From a virus, in the UHGV virus genome UHGV-0342645: DNA of 59,919 nt, one strand, 5' to 3'. The translations under genes and the position numbers were made by a program. This document shows, in pieces, positions 25,169 to 33,729 of this stretch. Position 1 is the first letter of the stretch. Each line of letters starts with the position of its first letter. The notes below the pieces were generated by a model. The model made no database searches. It was given only the letters and a program-made list of their open reading frames with translations, and was not told the origin of the DNA.

Positions 25169-27145
25169 ATGCATCTCCGCGATTATCAACAGGAAGCAGT
25201 TTATAGCGTATTCCGCTATTTTGATGCCGAAAAGGGTAACGCGGGGAACCCTTTGATCCTGTTACCAACAGGGACAGGAAAATCGCTCGTTATCGCGGGG
25301 TTCCTCGATCTGCTTTATAAATGGTATCCAAACCAGCGCGTAATGATGTTAACTCACGTCAAAGAGTTGATCGCGCAAAACTATGATAAATTAATGAAAG
25401 TCTGGCCTGAAGCGCCAGCAGGTATTTACAGCGCTGGTTTGAAGCGTAAAGAAGTTTATAATCTTATCACATTTGCGGGGGTTGCATCTGTTGCTAAGCA
25501 TCCTAAAAAGTTTGGCAAGGTTGATCTAATCTTTGTGGATGAAGCGCACCTTATTAGTCCTCGTGATGCAACAATGTATAAGAAGTTCTTTGCAGCATTG
25601 CGTGAAGTTAACCCGTATTTAAAAATTATCGGTCTTACCGCTACACCTTATCGACTGGGTTACGGCTCAATTGTTAAGGAAAACGAAGACGATGATGCTT
25701 TATTTGATAAAGTAACGTTTGATGCAACTACCCCTGAAGCCTTTAACTGGTTCCTGGAGCAAGGCTATTTGCTTCCGGTTGTGCCAAAGCGTACAAAGAT
25801 GGAACTGGACCTCAATGGTGTAGGGAAACGCGGCGGTGAGTTTATTCAGAGTGAGCTGCAAAGTGCGGTAAACCGCAACGACGCAACACTCCGCGCACTT
25901 GAGGAAGCCATTGAATGCGGTGAAGACCGTCAAAGCTGGCTTATATTTTGTTCTGGCATTGAACACGCTAAAGATGCGTGTGACATGCTGAACGATATGG
26001 GTATTAGTTGCGGATGTATTCACTCAAAGCTTGATGCAAAAGAGCGTGATGAAATTATTGAAAAGTTCAAGCGCGGGGAGTTTCGAGCATTAACGAACAA
26101 CAACGTCTTAACCACAGGTTTCGACCATCCGATGCTCGATCTAATTATTATGCTCCGCCCAACTGCCTCGGCGGTGCTATGGGTTCAGATGTTGGGTCGC
26201 GGTACGCGTCCGGTATACGCGGAAGGCTTTGATCTTTCCACGCAGGAAGGCCGCTTGCAAGCTATTGCAGCAAGCCCTAAGCAAAACTGTCTTGTACTGG
26301 ATTTCAGCGGTAATACGCGTCGTTTGGGCCCTATTAACGACCCTGTTAAACCCAAGCGCCCGGGCGAAAAAGGTGCTGGCACTGCTCCGGTTAAAGAATG
26401 CGATGTGTGCGGGTCGTATAATCATGCATCTGCTCGCTATTGCGGTGGCTTTGCACCAATTCCTATGGACAGCGTTACACAGGAACAAGTTCAACAATTA
26501 TATTTGAAGGGATTCAGACTACGTGGAACGGATTATGTTAAAGAAGGATTTTGCGGTCATGAGTTTAAGTTCCAGACCAAACTTAAAAAGGCAGCAAGTA
26601 CCGAAGCATTGATCAAGCAGGACATTCCTGTAGTTGAAGACTTTAAAGTTACGCATGTTACTTATGCGAAGCACACTAAACGCAATGACAGCTCTAAACC
26701 TCCAACAATGAAGGTGACTTATTATTGCGGTAGTAAAATATTCAGCGAATGGGTAGCTCTGCTTCATGGTGACTGGGCAGGTCGTAAAGCGGTTGCATGG
26801 TGGAAGAAAAGGACGCATCTACCTTTACCACAAACTATTGAAGAAGCTCTTGATGTTGCTGCAATGCTCAAAACGCCGAAATACATCAAAGTTCATACCA
26901 ATAAGAAATGGCCTGAGATATTGAACTATGATTATGATGGTACGTGTTTCGGTAAGTTTGAAGCACCACAGGAAGACGAAGCTATTCAAGTTAAAGTATA
27001 CGGGCAAGATGGAACAACCGAAGGTCCAAGCTATAACGATGATGTGAGCTGGGATGATATTGTTTCGCAGAATACGCAAGGTATAACAGTGAACAATGTG
27101 GTTAACCCTGTACAAGTAGATGATCCGGATTACGTTCCGTTCTAA
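25169..27145 (+). CDS. SF2 DEAH-box DNA helicase
   Basis: ATG 25169 (the track start is a TTG). Walker A LPTGTGKS, DEAH in FVDEAHL, motif VI QMLGRGTR. ~200-aa C-terminal extension. Confidence 0.8.
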   Translation: MHLRDYQQEAVYSVFRYFDAEKGNAGNPLILLPTGTGKSLVIAGFLDLLYKWYPNQRVMMLTHVKELIAQNYDKLMKVWPEAPAGIYSAGLKRKEVYNLITFAGVASVAKHPKKFGKVDLIFVDEAHLISPRDATMYKKFFAALREVNPYLKIIGLTATPYRLGYGSIVKENEDDDALFDKVTFDATTPEAFNWFLEQGYLLPVVPKRTKMELDLNGVGKRGGEFIQSELQSAVNRNDATLRALEEAIECGEDRQSWLIFCSGIEHAKDACDMLNDMGISCGCIHSKLDAKERDEIIEKFKRGEFRALTNNNVLTTGFDHPMLDLIIMLRPTASAVLWVQMLGRGTRPVYAEGFDLSTQEGRLQAIAASPKQNCLVLDFSGNTRRLGPINDPVKPKRPGEKGAGTAPVKECDVCGSYNHASARYCGGFAPIPMDSVTQEQVQQLYLKGFRLRGTDYVKEGFCGHEFKFQTKLKKAASTEALIKQDIPVVEDFKVTHVTYAKHTKRNDSSKPPTMKVTYYCGSKIFSEWVALLHGDWAGRKAVAWWKKRTHLPLPQTIEEALDVAAMLKTPKYIKVHTNKKWPEILNYDYDGTCFGKFEAPQEDEAIQVKVYGQDGTTEGPSYNDDVSWDDIVSQNTQGITVNNVVNPVQVDDPDYVPF

Positions 27146-27160
27146 TTGACTTCAACATCT

Positions 27161-27183
27161 AATGCCCCTACTATTGGGGCATT
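27161..27183 (+). terminator. terminator-like hairpin
   Basis: AATGCCCC-tactatt-GGGGCATT with a weak T-rich tail. Confidence 0.5.
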
Positions 27184-27204
27184 ACTTATTTATAGGGGAT
27201 TGCA

Positions 27205-27699
27205 ATGTACGTCCTGATTGATACAGATAAATTTGAACTCTTGGCAAAGCATCCCAATTGGCTGACACTACACCAACTTGGAATTATTTGTTGCCCTGAG
27301 TCAACACTGGTAACACCAGTAGACGATTTACACGATCTTGAAGATGTTGATCTTCAAATGCTTTATATTAACTTGACAGAAAACTTAGGAGCTGCACCTT
27401 ATGAACGGGAAATCGTTGAGCGCATTTTGTTTGATTACTTTACGCAACTTCCAGAAACAATCCTGGATCACGCCCAAATCAGCGCACAAGCCGAATTCTG
27501 TGTGGAATACGATATCCAAGGCTTTTGCTCACCTCAAATTGGGCAATACGTTCCGTCAATGGATGAAGGACTTTGGAAACCTGCCCGTGTCAAATACGAT
27601 GCTGAACGGGAGGGTGGTATTATTTCCGGTGCCAGGGTCGTTTGTGAGCAACCCGCATTGCAAGCTGCATGGACGCCGGGCAGAGGGGCAAAGAGCTAG
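27205..27699 (+). CDS. hypothetical protein
   Basis: 164 aa with AGGGG SD. Confidence 0.6.
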   Translation: MYVLIDTDKFELLAKHPNWLTLHQLGIICCPESTLVTPVDDLHDLEDVDLQMLYINLTENLGAAPYEREIVERILFDYFTQLPETILDHAQISAQAEFCVEYDIQGFCSPQIGQYVPSMDEGLWKPARVKYDAEREGGIISGARVVCEQPALQAAWTPGRGAKS

Positions 27700-27750
27700 T
27701 AAGTTCTAAGCTTGATCAAAAAATATTTTTAAAAATGTTCAGATAAGGGG

Positions 27751-27779
27751 TTGCGTGTCACAAAATCCTTTGGTACATT
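27751..27779 (+). promoter_or_regulatory. possible sigma70-like promoter
   Basis: TTGCGT, 17 nt spacer, TACATT, preceded by an A/T-rich palindrome AAAAATATTTTT. Confidence 0.35.
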
Positions 27780-27827
27780 TAACCCCGTTGGTAACAAACG
27801 AACCCATAACAATTCGGAGTGAAGAGA

Positions 27828-28628
27828 ATGAGCAACATTGAAGACAAAAAAGCTGCCGCCGCAGCCGCCGCTGCCGCTGCAAAATCTGCTAAACCTGCAA
27901 AGAAAGAAGCTACTGTGAATGATGCAGAAGCTAAGAAAGCCGCTGCCGCTGAAGCTGCACGCGTAGCAAAAGAGAAAAAAGAAGCAGAGAAAAAAGCTGC
28001 CGCTGAAAAGAAACAAGCTGAAATCCGCACTGAAGCGGAAAACAAATTTACCGCTCTTTCCCAGGCAGTTGAAACCGTGAAGTTTGCTTTATCTGGTATT
28101 ACCGATGAAAGCACTGTTGAACAGATTACGGAAGCAGAATCTAAGGGTTCTGAACAGCTGAAGCATTTAAAGAATGCTCTGAAAGAGCTGAAAGCAGTTG
28201 TTAAAAAATCCAAAGGTGAAGATCTGTCCGGTGCAGTGACTGCTGCTCAGAGCATGGTAGACGAACTGGATTCGTCTATTAAAGGCTTCAAAGACAAGAT
28301 CCGTGCTGCAAAACAGGCAGAAAAAGAAGCGGAAAAAGCACGCGCTAAAGAGCTCCGCGAGAAAGAAAAAGAAGCTAATCGTATGCCGGAACAGAACGGT
28401 GTTCGTCGTCCGCAACCGGAAACTTCCTGCGGTCGTGCCTGGGCTCTGATGGACCAGATTAGCGCTACGCTGGGTCAGCCTGCTCCGATCTCTTATGTTC
28501 TGAATCTGGCTGGTCGCCAGGGGCTGAACGAAGATACCGTTAAAACCCAGTATGCACGCTGGAAGAAATTTAATGGTGTAACTGGTCGCGTACCTGTACC
28601 AGTACCGGAAGCCCTGAACGGCTTGTAA
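27828..28628 (+). CDS. Ala/Lys/Glu-rich (histone-H1-like) protein with globular C-terminal domain
   Basis: ATG 27828 with GGAG SD. The N-terminal ~190 aa are AKE repeats (KKAAAAAAAAAAKSAKPAKKE...). The C-terminal ~70 aa are non-repetitive. Confidence 0.65.
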   Translation: MSNIEDKKAAAAAAAAAAKSAKPAKKEATVNDAEAKKAAAAEAARVAKEKKEAEKKAAAEKKQAEIRTEAENKFTALSQAVETVKFALSGITDESTVEQITEAESKGSEQLKHLKNALKELKAVVKKSKGEDLSGAVTAAQSMVDELDSSIKGFKDKIRAAKQAEKEAEKARAKELREKEKEANRMPEQNGVRRPQPETSCGRAWALMDQISATLGQPAPISYVLNLAGRQGLNEDTVKTQYARWKKFNGVTGRVPVPVPEALNGL

Positions 28629-28654
28629 TATCAAAACATATCACGTTATAATGA

Positions 28655-28682
28655 AGGCGCCCAATGAGGCGCTTTCTTTTTC
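28655..28682 (+). terminator. intrinsic terminator
   Basis: 7-bp GC-rich stem (AGGCGCC / GGCGCTT) with a 6-nt loop, followed by TTTCTTTTT. Confidence 0.65.
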
Positions 28683-28697
28683 ACTAGAGGATTTAAG

Positions 28698-29405
28698 ATG
28701 AATATTAATCAACAAGCTCCCGAGTCTCGTTCTAAAGAAAACGATATGTATTTAGACGTGCATTCGGTATTCTCTACCATTCAGGGTGAAGGTCCGTTCT
28801 GCGGCCAGCCTGCTGTATTTGTGCGCCTTGCTGGATGTAACCTGCAATGCCCAGGCTGCGACACGGATTATACTGTTGGTCGTTCTCTTTACCACATTGT
28901 TGATATCATGCGTTTAATCGAAAGCCGTAAGCTGGAATCAGGCAATAGCACCTCACTTGTGGTTATTACTGGGGGTGAACCGTTCCGTCAGCAAATTAAC
29001 CCGCTTATTGAACAACTGTTATCGCGGGGCTATTTGGTGCAAATCGAAACTAATGGGTCTATGCCTTTACCTAAGAACTTTTCCCAGTTGCCTGTGATTG
29101 TATGTAGCCCCAAGACCTCAAAGATTCATCCTTCTGTGCTTTACCGCGCTAATGCATTTAAATATGTACTTAAAGCGTGCTGTGTAAACGTGGAAGATGG
29201 TTTACCCCTTCAAGCATTAGATCATCAAGCTACGCCATTTATCGCTAGACCTCCGAAGGGGTTCAAGGGTAAGATATATTTACAGCCAATGGACGAGCAG
29301 GATGAAGACCTTAACCACAGTAACATCCAAGCGGTTGTCCAAAGCTGTATGAAACACGGATACACGTTGCAGCTTCAGGTTCACAAATATATCGGGGTGG
29401 AATAA
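28698..29405 (+). CDS. queE: 7-carboxy-7-deazaguanine synthase (radical SAM)
   Basis: TIQGEGPFCGQPAVFVRLAGCNLQCPGCDTDYT is the QueE CxxxCxxC cluster context. 235 aa. Confidence 0.85.
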   Translation: MNINQQAPESRSKENDMYLDVHSVFSTIQGEGPFCGQPAVFVRLAGCNLQCPGCDTDYTVGRSLYHIVDIMRLIESRKLESGNSTSLVVITGGEPFRQQINPLIEQLLSRGYLVQIETNGSMPLPKNFSQLPVIVCSPKTSKIHPSVLYRANAFKYVLKACCVNVEDGLPLQALDHQATPFIARPPKGFKGKIYLQPMDEQDEDLNHSNIQAVVQSCMKHGYTLQLQVHKYIGVE

Positions 29406-29659
29406 TGCGTGTGTTAAGTCGGGTTGTGCATACTAAAGATGTTAATTTTTATGGTGTCACTTTAACCGTTCCAAGTCGAGTTGATTATCTGGCAGCTGAC
29501 AAGGATGGAAAGGTTTGTGGGTATGAAGTAGCTCCTCCAGAACTCAGTCATCGATTTGATAGATGGCTGCCAGCAGATCCGGGAGCTTACGAGTACGATG
29601 AAATAGCTTATGTAGACCTTGAAGGCTTAGACTGGACTCAAACATTAAGGGAGGTTTAA
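29405..29659 (+). CDS. hypothetical protein, third member of the paralogue family
   Basis: TAATG overlap with queE. VDYLAADKDGKV...VDLEGLDWTQTLREV matches 8050..8352 and 8683..8934. Confidence 0.65.
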   Translation: MRVLSRVVHTKDVNFYGVTLTVPSRVDYLAADKDGKVCGYEVAPPELSHRFDRWLPADPGAYEYDEIAYVDLEGLDWTQTLREV

Positions 29660-29872
29660 ATGATCACTTTAGAAGAAGCGAAACAGCATCAGGAAATGAT
29701 CACTGAGATTGTAGAAAAACTTAATTCTGCAATTGCTCACGCTACTATGCAGGGTGTACATGTTGAATTAGATATTAACCACGTTAGCACAATCGGAGCA
29801 CGCAATCATCCGATTGTGCTGTCAAATGTAACAATTAATCCTTGTGATATTAAAGGTGTAGAAGATGAATGA
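29660..29872 (+). CDS. hypothetical protein (tandem paralogue A)
   Basis: 70 aa. EKLNSAIAHATMQGVHVELDI aligns with DELNDAICRAASKNIHSELEI of the next ORF. Confidence 0.6.
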   Translation: MITLEEAKQHQEMITEIVEKLNSAIAHATMQGVHVELDINHVSTIGARNHPIVLSNVTINPCDIKGVEDE

Positions 29873-30053
29873 AGAAACTGTAATTCTTATGCAGAAAATT
29901 CAACGTTTACAGGACGAGTTGAATGACGCTATTTGCCGCGCTGCATCCAAGAACATACATTCGGAGCTTGAAATACACCAGCGTAAGGTAACATCTGAAG
30001 CGGTGGTGGAACAAGTAGTCATTAACCTCAATATTAGTCTTAAAGGTTTCTAA
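29865..30053 (+). CDS. hypothetical protein (tandem paralogue B)
   Basis: 62 aa with an 8-nt overlap with the upstream ORF. Ends 1 nt before queC. Confidence 0.6.
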   Translation: MNEETVILMQKIQRLQDELNDAICRAASKNIHSELEIHQRKVTSEAVVEQVVINLNISLKGF

Positions 30054-30054
30054 A

Positions 30055-30762
30055 ATGAATAAATTAGATAAACTGGTATTCCCTGTAAAAAATCATAACT
30101 CCGCCGTTGTAGTCCTGTCTGGCGGCCAGGACAGTGTGACCTGTTTAGGTCTTGCACTTAATAACTATGATAAGGTTTACGCTATTGGTTTTGCATACGG
30201 TCAACGTCATAACATTGAGCTGGCTTGTGCTAATCAAATTTGTAAAGAGCACGATGTCCCATTTGTTGTCTTTGAATTACCTGCTTTGAAACAGATTGGG
30301 AATAGCGCTTTAATCGGGGATGAAGGTGATGTTAACGAACATCACGAACAGCACAACAACCTTCCGGCAAGCTTTGTGCCAAACCGTAATGCTCTTTTCC
30401 TCACTACCGCGCACGCTTACGCACAGAAAGTTGGCGCTCGATATGTGGTTACGGGCGTTTGTGAAACAGACTATAGCGGTTATCCGGATTGCCGCCAGCA
30501 GTTTGTAAACTTGCTTGAAGCTACATTAAACGTTGGATATGAAACTGATATCCATTTTGTTACACCGCTTATGCGTTTAAATAAAGCGGAAACGTTTGAA
30601 CTGGCGGATAAGGTTGGTTTCTTAACCACAGTAATTGAACAGTCCCATACTTGCTATAACGGTGTCCGTCGCACTCTGCATGACTGGGGCTATGGTTGCG
30701 GTGAATGCCCTGCGTGCAAACTGCGTGCTAAAGGGTACAGCGAATTTATTAGCAAAGCTTAA
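30055..30762 (+). CDS. queC: 7-cyano-7-deazaguanine (preQ0) synthase, stand-alone form
   Basis: PP-loop VVLSGGQDS, C-terminal Zn-site cysteines (CYNG...CGECPAC). 235 aa with no fused amidotransferase domain. Confidence 0.85.
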   Translation: MNKLDKLVFPVKNHNSAVVVLSGGQDSVTCLGLALNNYDKVYAIGFAYGQRHNIELACANQICKEHDVPFVVFELPALKQIGNSALIGDEGDVNEHHEQHNNLPASFVPNRNALFLTTAHAYAQKVGARYVVTGVCETDYSGYPDCRQQFVNLLEATLNVGYETDIHFVTPLMRLNKAETFELADKVGFLTTVIEQSHTCYNGVRRTLHDWGYGCGECPACKLRAKGYSEFISKA

Positions 30763-30882
30763 TCTTACCGCGAAAACCGCACCGCTAGCGCATTGTTTAG
30801 GGTGCGGGAACCCAACTATACTACTAAAGCTTTTAAACCCAACAACCAGCGAATACCGCTGTTAAAACTGGAGAACAAAAGT

Positions 30883-31362
30883 ATGAAATTTATCGTCGCT
30901 TATTTGGCTGCAATTACATTCGTAAATCTGGGCTTTTCCTACCTCCCAATGCTTAACACGCCTCTTGGCGTAGTCCCCATGATGGCTTTCTTTGTAGGTA
31001 TTATCTTTGTGTTGCGTGACTACGCACAGCGTAACGCTGGCAAAGGCGTTATCCCTGCAATGATTGTGGGTTGCATCCTTAGCTGGGTATTTGGGGACCC
31101 TGCTGTTGTAGTTGCATCCGTTGCATCCTTTGCTCTTAGCGAGTTTGCGGACTATGCGGTATACACGATTACTAAGAAGCCGTTTCATCAACGTGTATTT
31201 ATCAGCTCTTTGGTAGCTGTACCAATTGACTCCATTGTGTTCTTAAGTATTATAGGTATTGTTAATCCGGGATCAATGGTAGCAATGAGCTTAAGTAAGT
31301 TCACAGCATCTGCCATCCTTTGGGTTGTTTACGAAGTTCATTCACGTACAGCGAGAGCGTAA
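30883..31362 (+). CDS. yhhQ: YhhQ/DUF165-like queuosine-precursor transporter (short form)
   Basis: ATG 30883 with GGAG SD. Polytopic membrane protein. VLRDYAQR, SEFADYAVY and PIDSIVF align with conserved YhhQ segments. Confidence 0.6.
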   Translation: MKFIVAYLAAITFVNLGFSYLPMLNTPLGVVPMMAFFVGIIFVLRDYAQRNAGKGVIPAMIVGCILSWVFGDPAVVVASVASFALSEFADYAVYTITKKPFHQRVFISSLVAVPIDSIVFLSIIGIVNPGSMVAMSLSKFTASAILWVVYEVHSRTARA

Positions 31363-31363
31363 A

Positions 31364-31954
31364 ATGAAAGATAATTTGAATAAAATTTGGCATCAACACG
31401 ACGGTAAAGGAATGCCTATTTTTCTTCGTAATGAGAAGTTTGAAGTTCGTTTGCGCAACGGCACACACGTTAAGAATCTATTACATGGATGGGATTGGGC
31501 TATGGAAGGGCGTTCAGCTATGGATGAGAATAGCCCTTATAAAGTTCAAGATATTATAGCCTGGCGATATATTGTTGCGGATGATTACGTCAAACAAGCC
31601 GGCGAAAACACTCGCTCCGGAGTGTGCCATCAATCTTCTTCTGGAATAAGCATAAGTAATACATTTAATGGTGCAGTTTTTACGAAATATGAACCATCTA
31701 AAATTCCCATGAATAAATATCAGAAAATTATTTATGGTAAAGATCAAAACGGCAATGTTGTAAAATGCATCGTGGACGTGTATGATGTCTTGGAAGCTTG
31801 GAAAACGACTAACCCAGCTTTACAACATTTGATTAAAAAGGCGTTGCAGCCTGGCGAACGCGGTCATAAAAGTCTGGTAGAAGACTTGAAAGATATTATT
31901 GCATCTGCACAGCGTGCGTTAGAAATTGAACAGTCTAAAGAGGTGTTAAAATGA
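31364..31954 (+). CDS. hypothetical protein with DUF3310-like C-terminus
   Basis: ATG 31364, 1 nt after the yhhQ-like stop. C-terminal VDVYDVLEAW...ALQHLIKKALQPGERGHKSLVEDLKDIIASAQRALE resembles DUF3310. Confidence 0.55.
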   Translation: MKDNLNKIWHQHDGKGMPIFLRNEKFEVRLRNGTHVKNLLHGWDWAMEGRSAMDENSPYKVQDIIAWRYIVADDYVKQAGENTRSGVCHQSSSGISISNTFNGAVFTKYEPSKIPMNKYQKIIYGKDQNGNVVKCIVDVYDVLEAWKTTNPALQHLIKKALQPGERGHKSLVEDLKDIIASAQRALEIEQSKEVLK

Positions 31955-32484
31955 GCTATACAGTAATTCGTTCACATGAAATTTGTGCTGGACATCGTGT
32001 TGTAGGACATGAAAGCAAGTGTCGTCATCTTCACGGTCACAACTATAAGTTTCACTTTAAGGTTGCACCGAAGCGCGTAGAAAGCGAAAACTACATCCCG
32101 GGCGCGAAAGGTTTCTCCGTTGAAGGTAAACTGGACGATGTCGGGCGCGTTATTGATTTTAGTGTGGTTAAGACTACGCTCTGTCAGTGGCTGGAAGACA
32201 ACTGGGATCACAAGTTCCTGCACTGGGAAAATGATCCTCTCATTAAAGGCCTCGATGCTCTTTTACGTCACGACGCTGCTATAGGGTATGACGTGGTAGA
32301 GCAAGAGGACGGATCCCATTTCTTTGACTCACTGGTAGCGCTACCGTTCAACCCAACTGCGGAGAACTTAGCTGCATATATGGTTAACGTAATTGGACCG
32401 CAACTACTTGACGGACATGGTGTTCAACTTGTAGAATGCACCATCGAAGAAACTTCGAAATGCCACGTAAATTATAGCCTGTAA
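31951..32484 (+). CDS. queD: 6-carboxy-5,6,7,8-tetrahydropterin synthase
   Basis: EICAGHRV...CRHLHGHNY (Cys/His zinc and catalytic motifs of QueD/PTPS). ATGA overlap with the upstream ORF. Confidence 0.85.
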   Translation: MSYTVIRSHEICAGHRVVGHESKCRHLHGHNYKFHFKVAPKRVESENYIPGAKGFSVEGKLDDVGRVIDFSVVKTTLCQWLEDNWDHKFLHWENDPLIKGLDALLRHDAAIGYDVVEQEDGSHFFDSLVALPFNPTAENLAAYMVNVIGPQLLDGHGVQLVECTIEETSKCHVNYSL

Positions 32485-32519
32485 TATGACCACATTAACA
32501 AACAAGGAAACTGCAAACC

Positions 32520-33101
32520 ATGCGTAAAGATACTGTAAAAATTGCTATTAGTTCATTACTTTTAAATATTGAAGGTTCAACAGAACTCCGTCCTGGGTTG
32601 GAAGAGACTCCTGAACGTGTCGCTAAAGCATACCAGACGTGGTTCGGCGGTTACGATGTAGATATCGCTGGATTGTTTAAAACCTTTGAGGATGGGGCTG
32701 AAAACACCAATGAAATGGTCATTGCCCGTGATATTCCTGTATACAGTCATTGTGAGCATCACATGGCTCCTATTATCGGTCATGCTGTTGTGGGTTATGT
32801 TCCCAATGGGAAGATCGTTGGGCTCAGTAAACTGTCTCGCGTAGTTGATGCTTTTAGCCGTCGCTTGCAAGTCCAAGAGCGTCTAACTAACCAGATTGCA
32901 GACGCTATCCAGGAGCATTTAAACCCGAAAGCTGTATGCGTTTATATTGACGCCAAACATATGTGCATGGAGTCGCGCGGTGTTAAGCAGGTATGCGGCA
33001 GCTCTACCATTACCAAAGCGTTCCGGGGCGCTACAGAACTGGAGCATGGTAGCGATATTGGTAAAGAATGGCGCCGGGAGTTCCTTGAAGCTTGTAAATA
33101 A
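32520..33101 (+). CDS. folE: GTP cyclohydrolase I
   Basis: YSHCEHHMAPIIG and QVQERLT motifs. 193 aa. Confidence 0.9.
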   Translation: MRKDTVKIAISSLLLNIEGSTELRPGLEETPERVAKAYQTWFGGYDVDIAGLFKTFEDGAENTNEMVIARDIPVYSHCEHHMAPIIGHAVVGYVPNGKIVGLSKLSRVVDAFSRRLQVQERLTNQIADAIQEHLNPKAVCVYIDAKHMCMESRGVKQVCGSSTITKAFRGATELEHGSDIGKEWRREFLEACK

Positions 33102-33119
33102 TAGATAGCTTTACAGATC

Positions 33120-33156
33120 AAGCCCATATCGGTCATAATACTGGTATGGGCTTTTT
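33120..33156 (+). terminator. intrinsic terminator after folE
   Basis: AAGCCCATA, 16-nt loop, TATGGGCTT, followed by TTTT. Confidence 0.55.
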
Positions 33157-33171
33157 AGTTGGTATAAGACA

Positions 33172-33729
33172 ATGGAAATTATCACAAGAGCTGAAGCAAA
33201 AGAAAGAGGTTTGAAATATTATTTTACTGGTAAGCCTTGTGCGAAAGGTCATCTTTCTGAAAGAAAGACTGTAGATGGCTATTGCATTACTTGTGACAGA
33301 GAAGCACGAAAGAAAAGAATGCGTATTTACAATAAAACAGAAGCTGCAAGGAATGCTATTAAGAGATATCATAAGTCACAGAAAGGAAAAGAAGCCCTTC
33401 AACGTTCAAAAGCTGCTTATAATTCTACTGAGAAAGGTAAAGAACAAAATAAAGAAAGGCTGAAACGCTGGGCTAAGACAGATTACGGTAAAGCTAGATC
33501 AAGATTACATTCCCTTGAAGTGCATAAGAAAAGGTCTTTAAGAATCCCTGCGTGGTCTGAAAAAGAACAAATTGAATTGTTCTACGCTAACTGCCCGGAT
33601 GGGATGGAGGTTGATCATATTATACCTCTTTGCGGTAAAAGAGTTAGTGGACTTCACGTCCTTAGTAACCTACAATACTTATCTATTGAAGAAAACAGAT
33701 CTAAGCGTAATAAATTTGAGGTGGAATAA
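33172..33729 (+). CDS. HNH homing-type endonuclease
   Basis: C-terminal EVDHIIPL...GLHVLSNLQYLSIEENRSKRN (H-N-H). N-terminal YYFTGKPCAKGH...CITC zinc-ribbon-like repeat. Confidence 0.8.
   Translation: MEIITRAEAKERGLKYYFTGKPCAKGHLSERKTVDGYCITCDREARKKRMRIYNKTEAARNAIKRYHKSQKGKEALQRSKAAYNSTEKGKEQNKERLKRWAKTDYGKARSRLHSLEVHKKRSLRIPAWSEKEQIELFYANCPDGMEVDHIIPLCGKRVSGLHVLSNLQYLSIEENRSKRNKFEVE

Noticed and set aside
27729-28634. Antisense ORFs opposite the AKE-rich gene (27729..28016, 27779..28213, 28167..28634)
   Set aside because: They are low-complexity mirror frames of a GCN/AAR-rich gene, with no SD and in the wrong orientation for the arm.
28623-28652. TTGTAA-18-TATAAT promoter-like sequence just before queE
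   Set aside because: The predicted start would fall inside the terminator hairpin at 28655..28682 and the spacer is long. It is probably fortuitous, though TSS mapping could revisit it.
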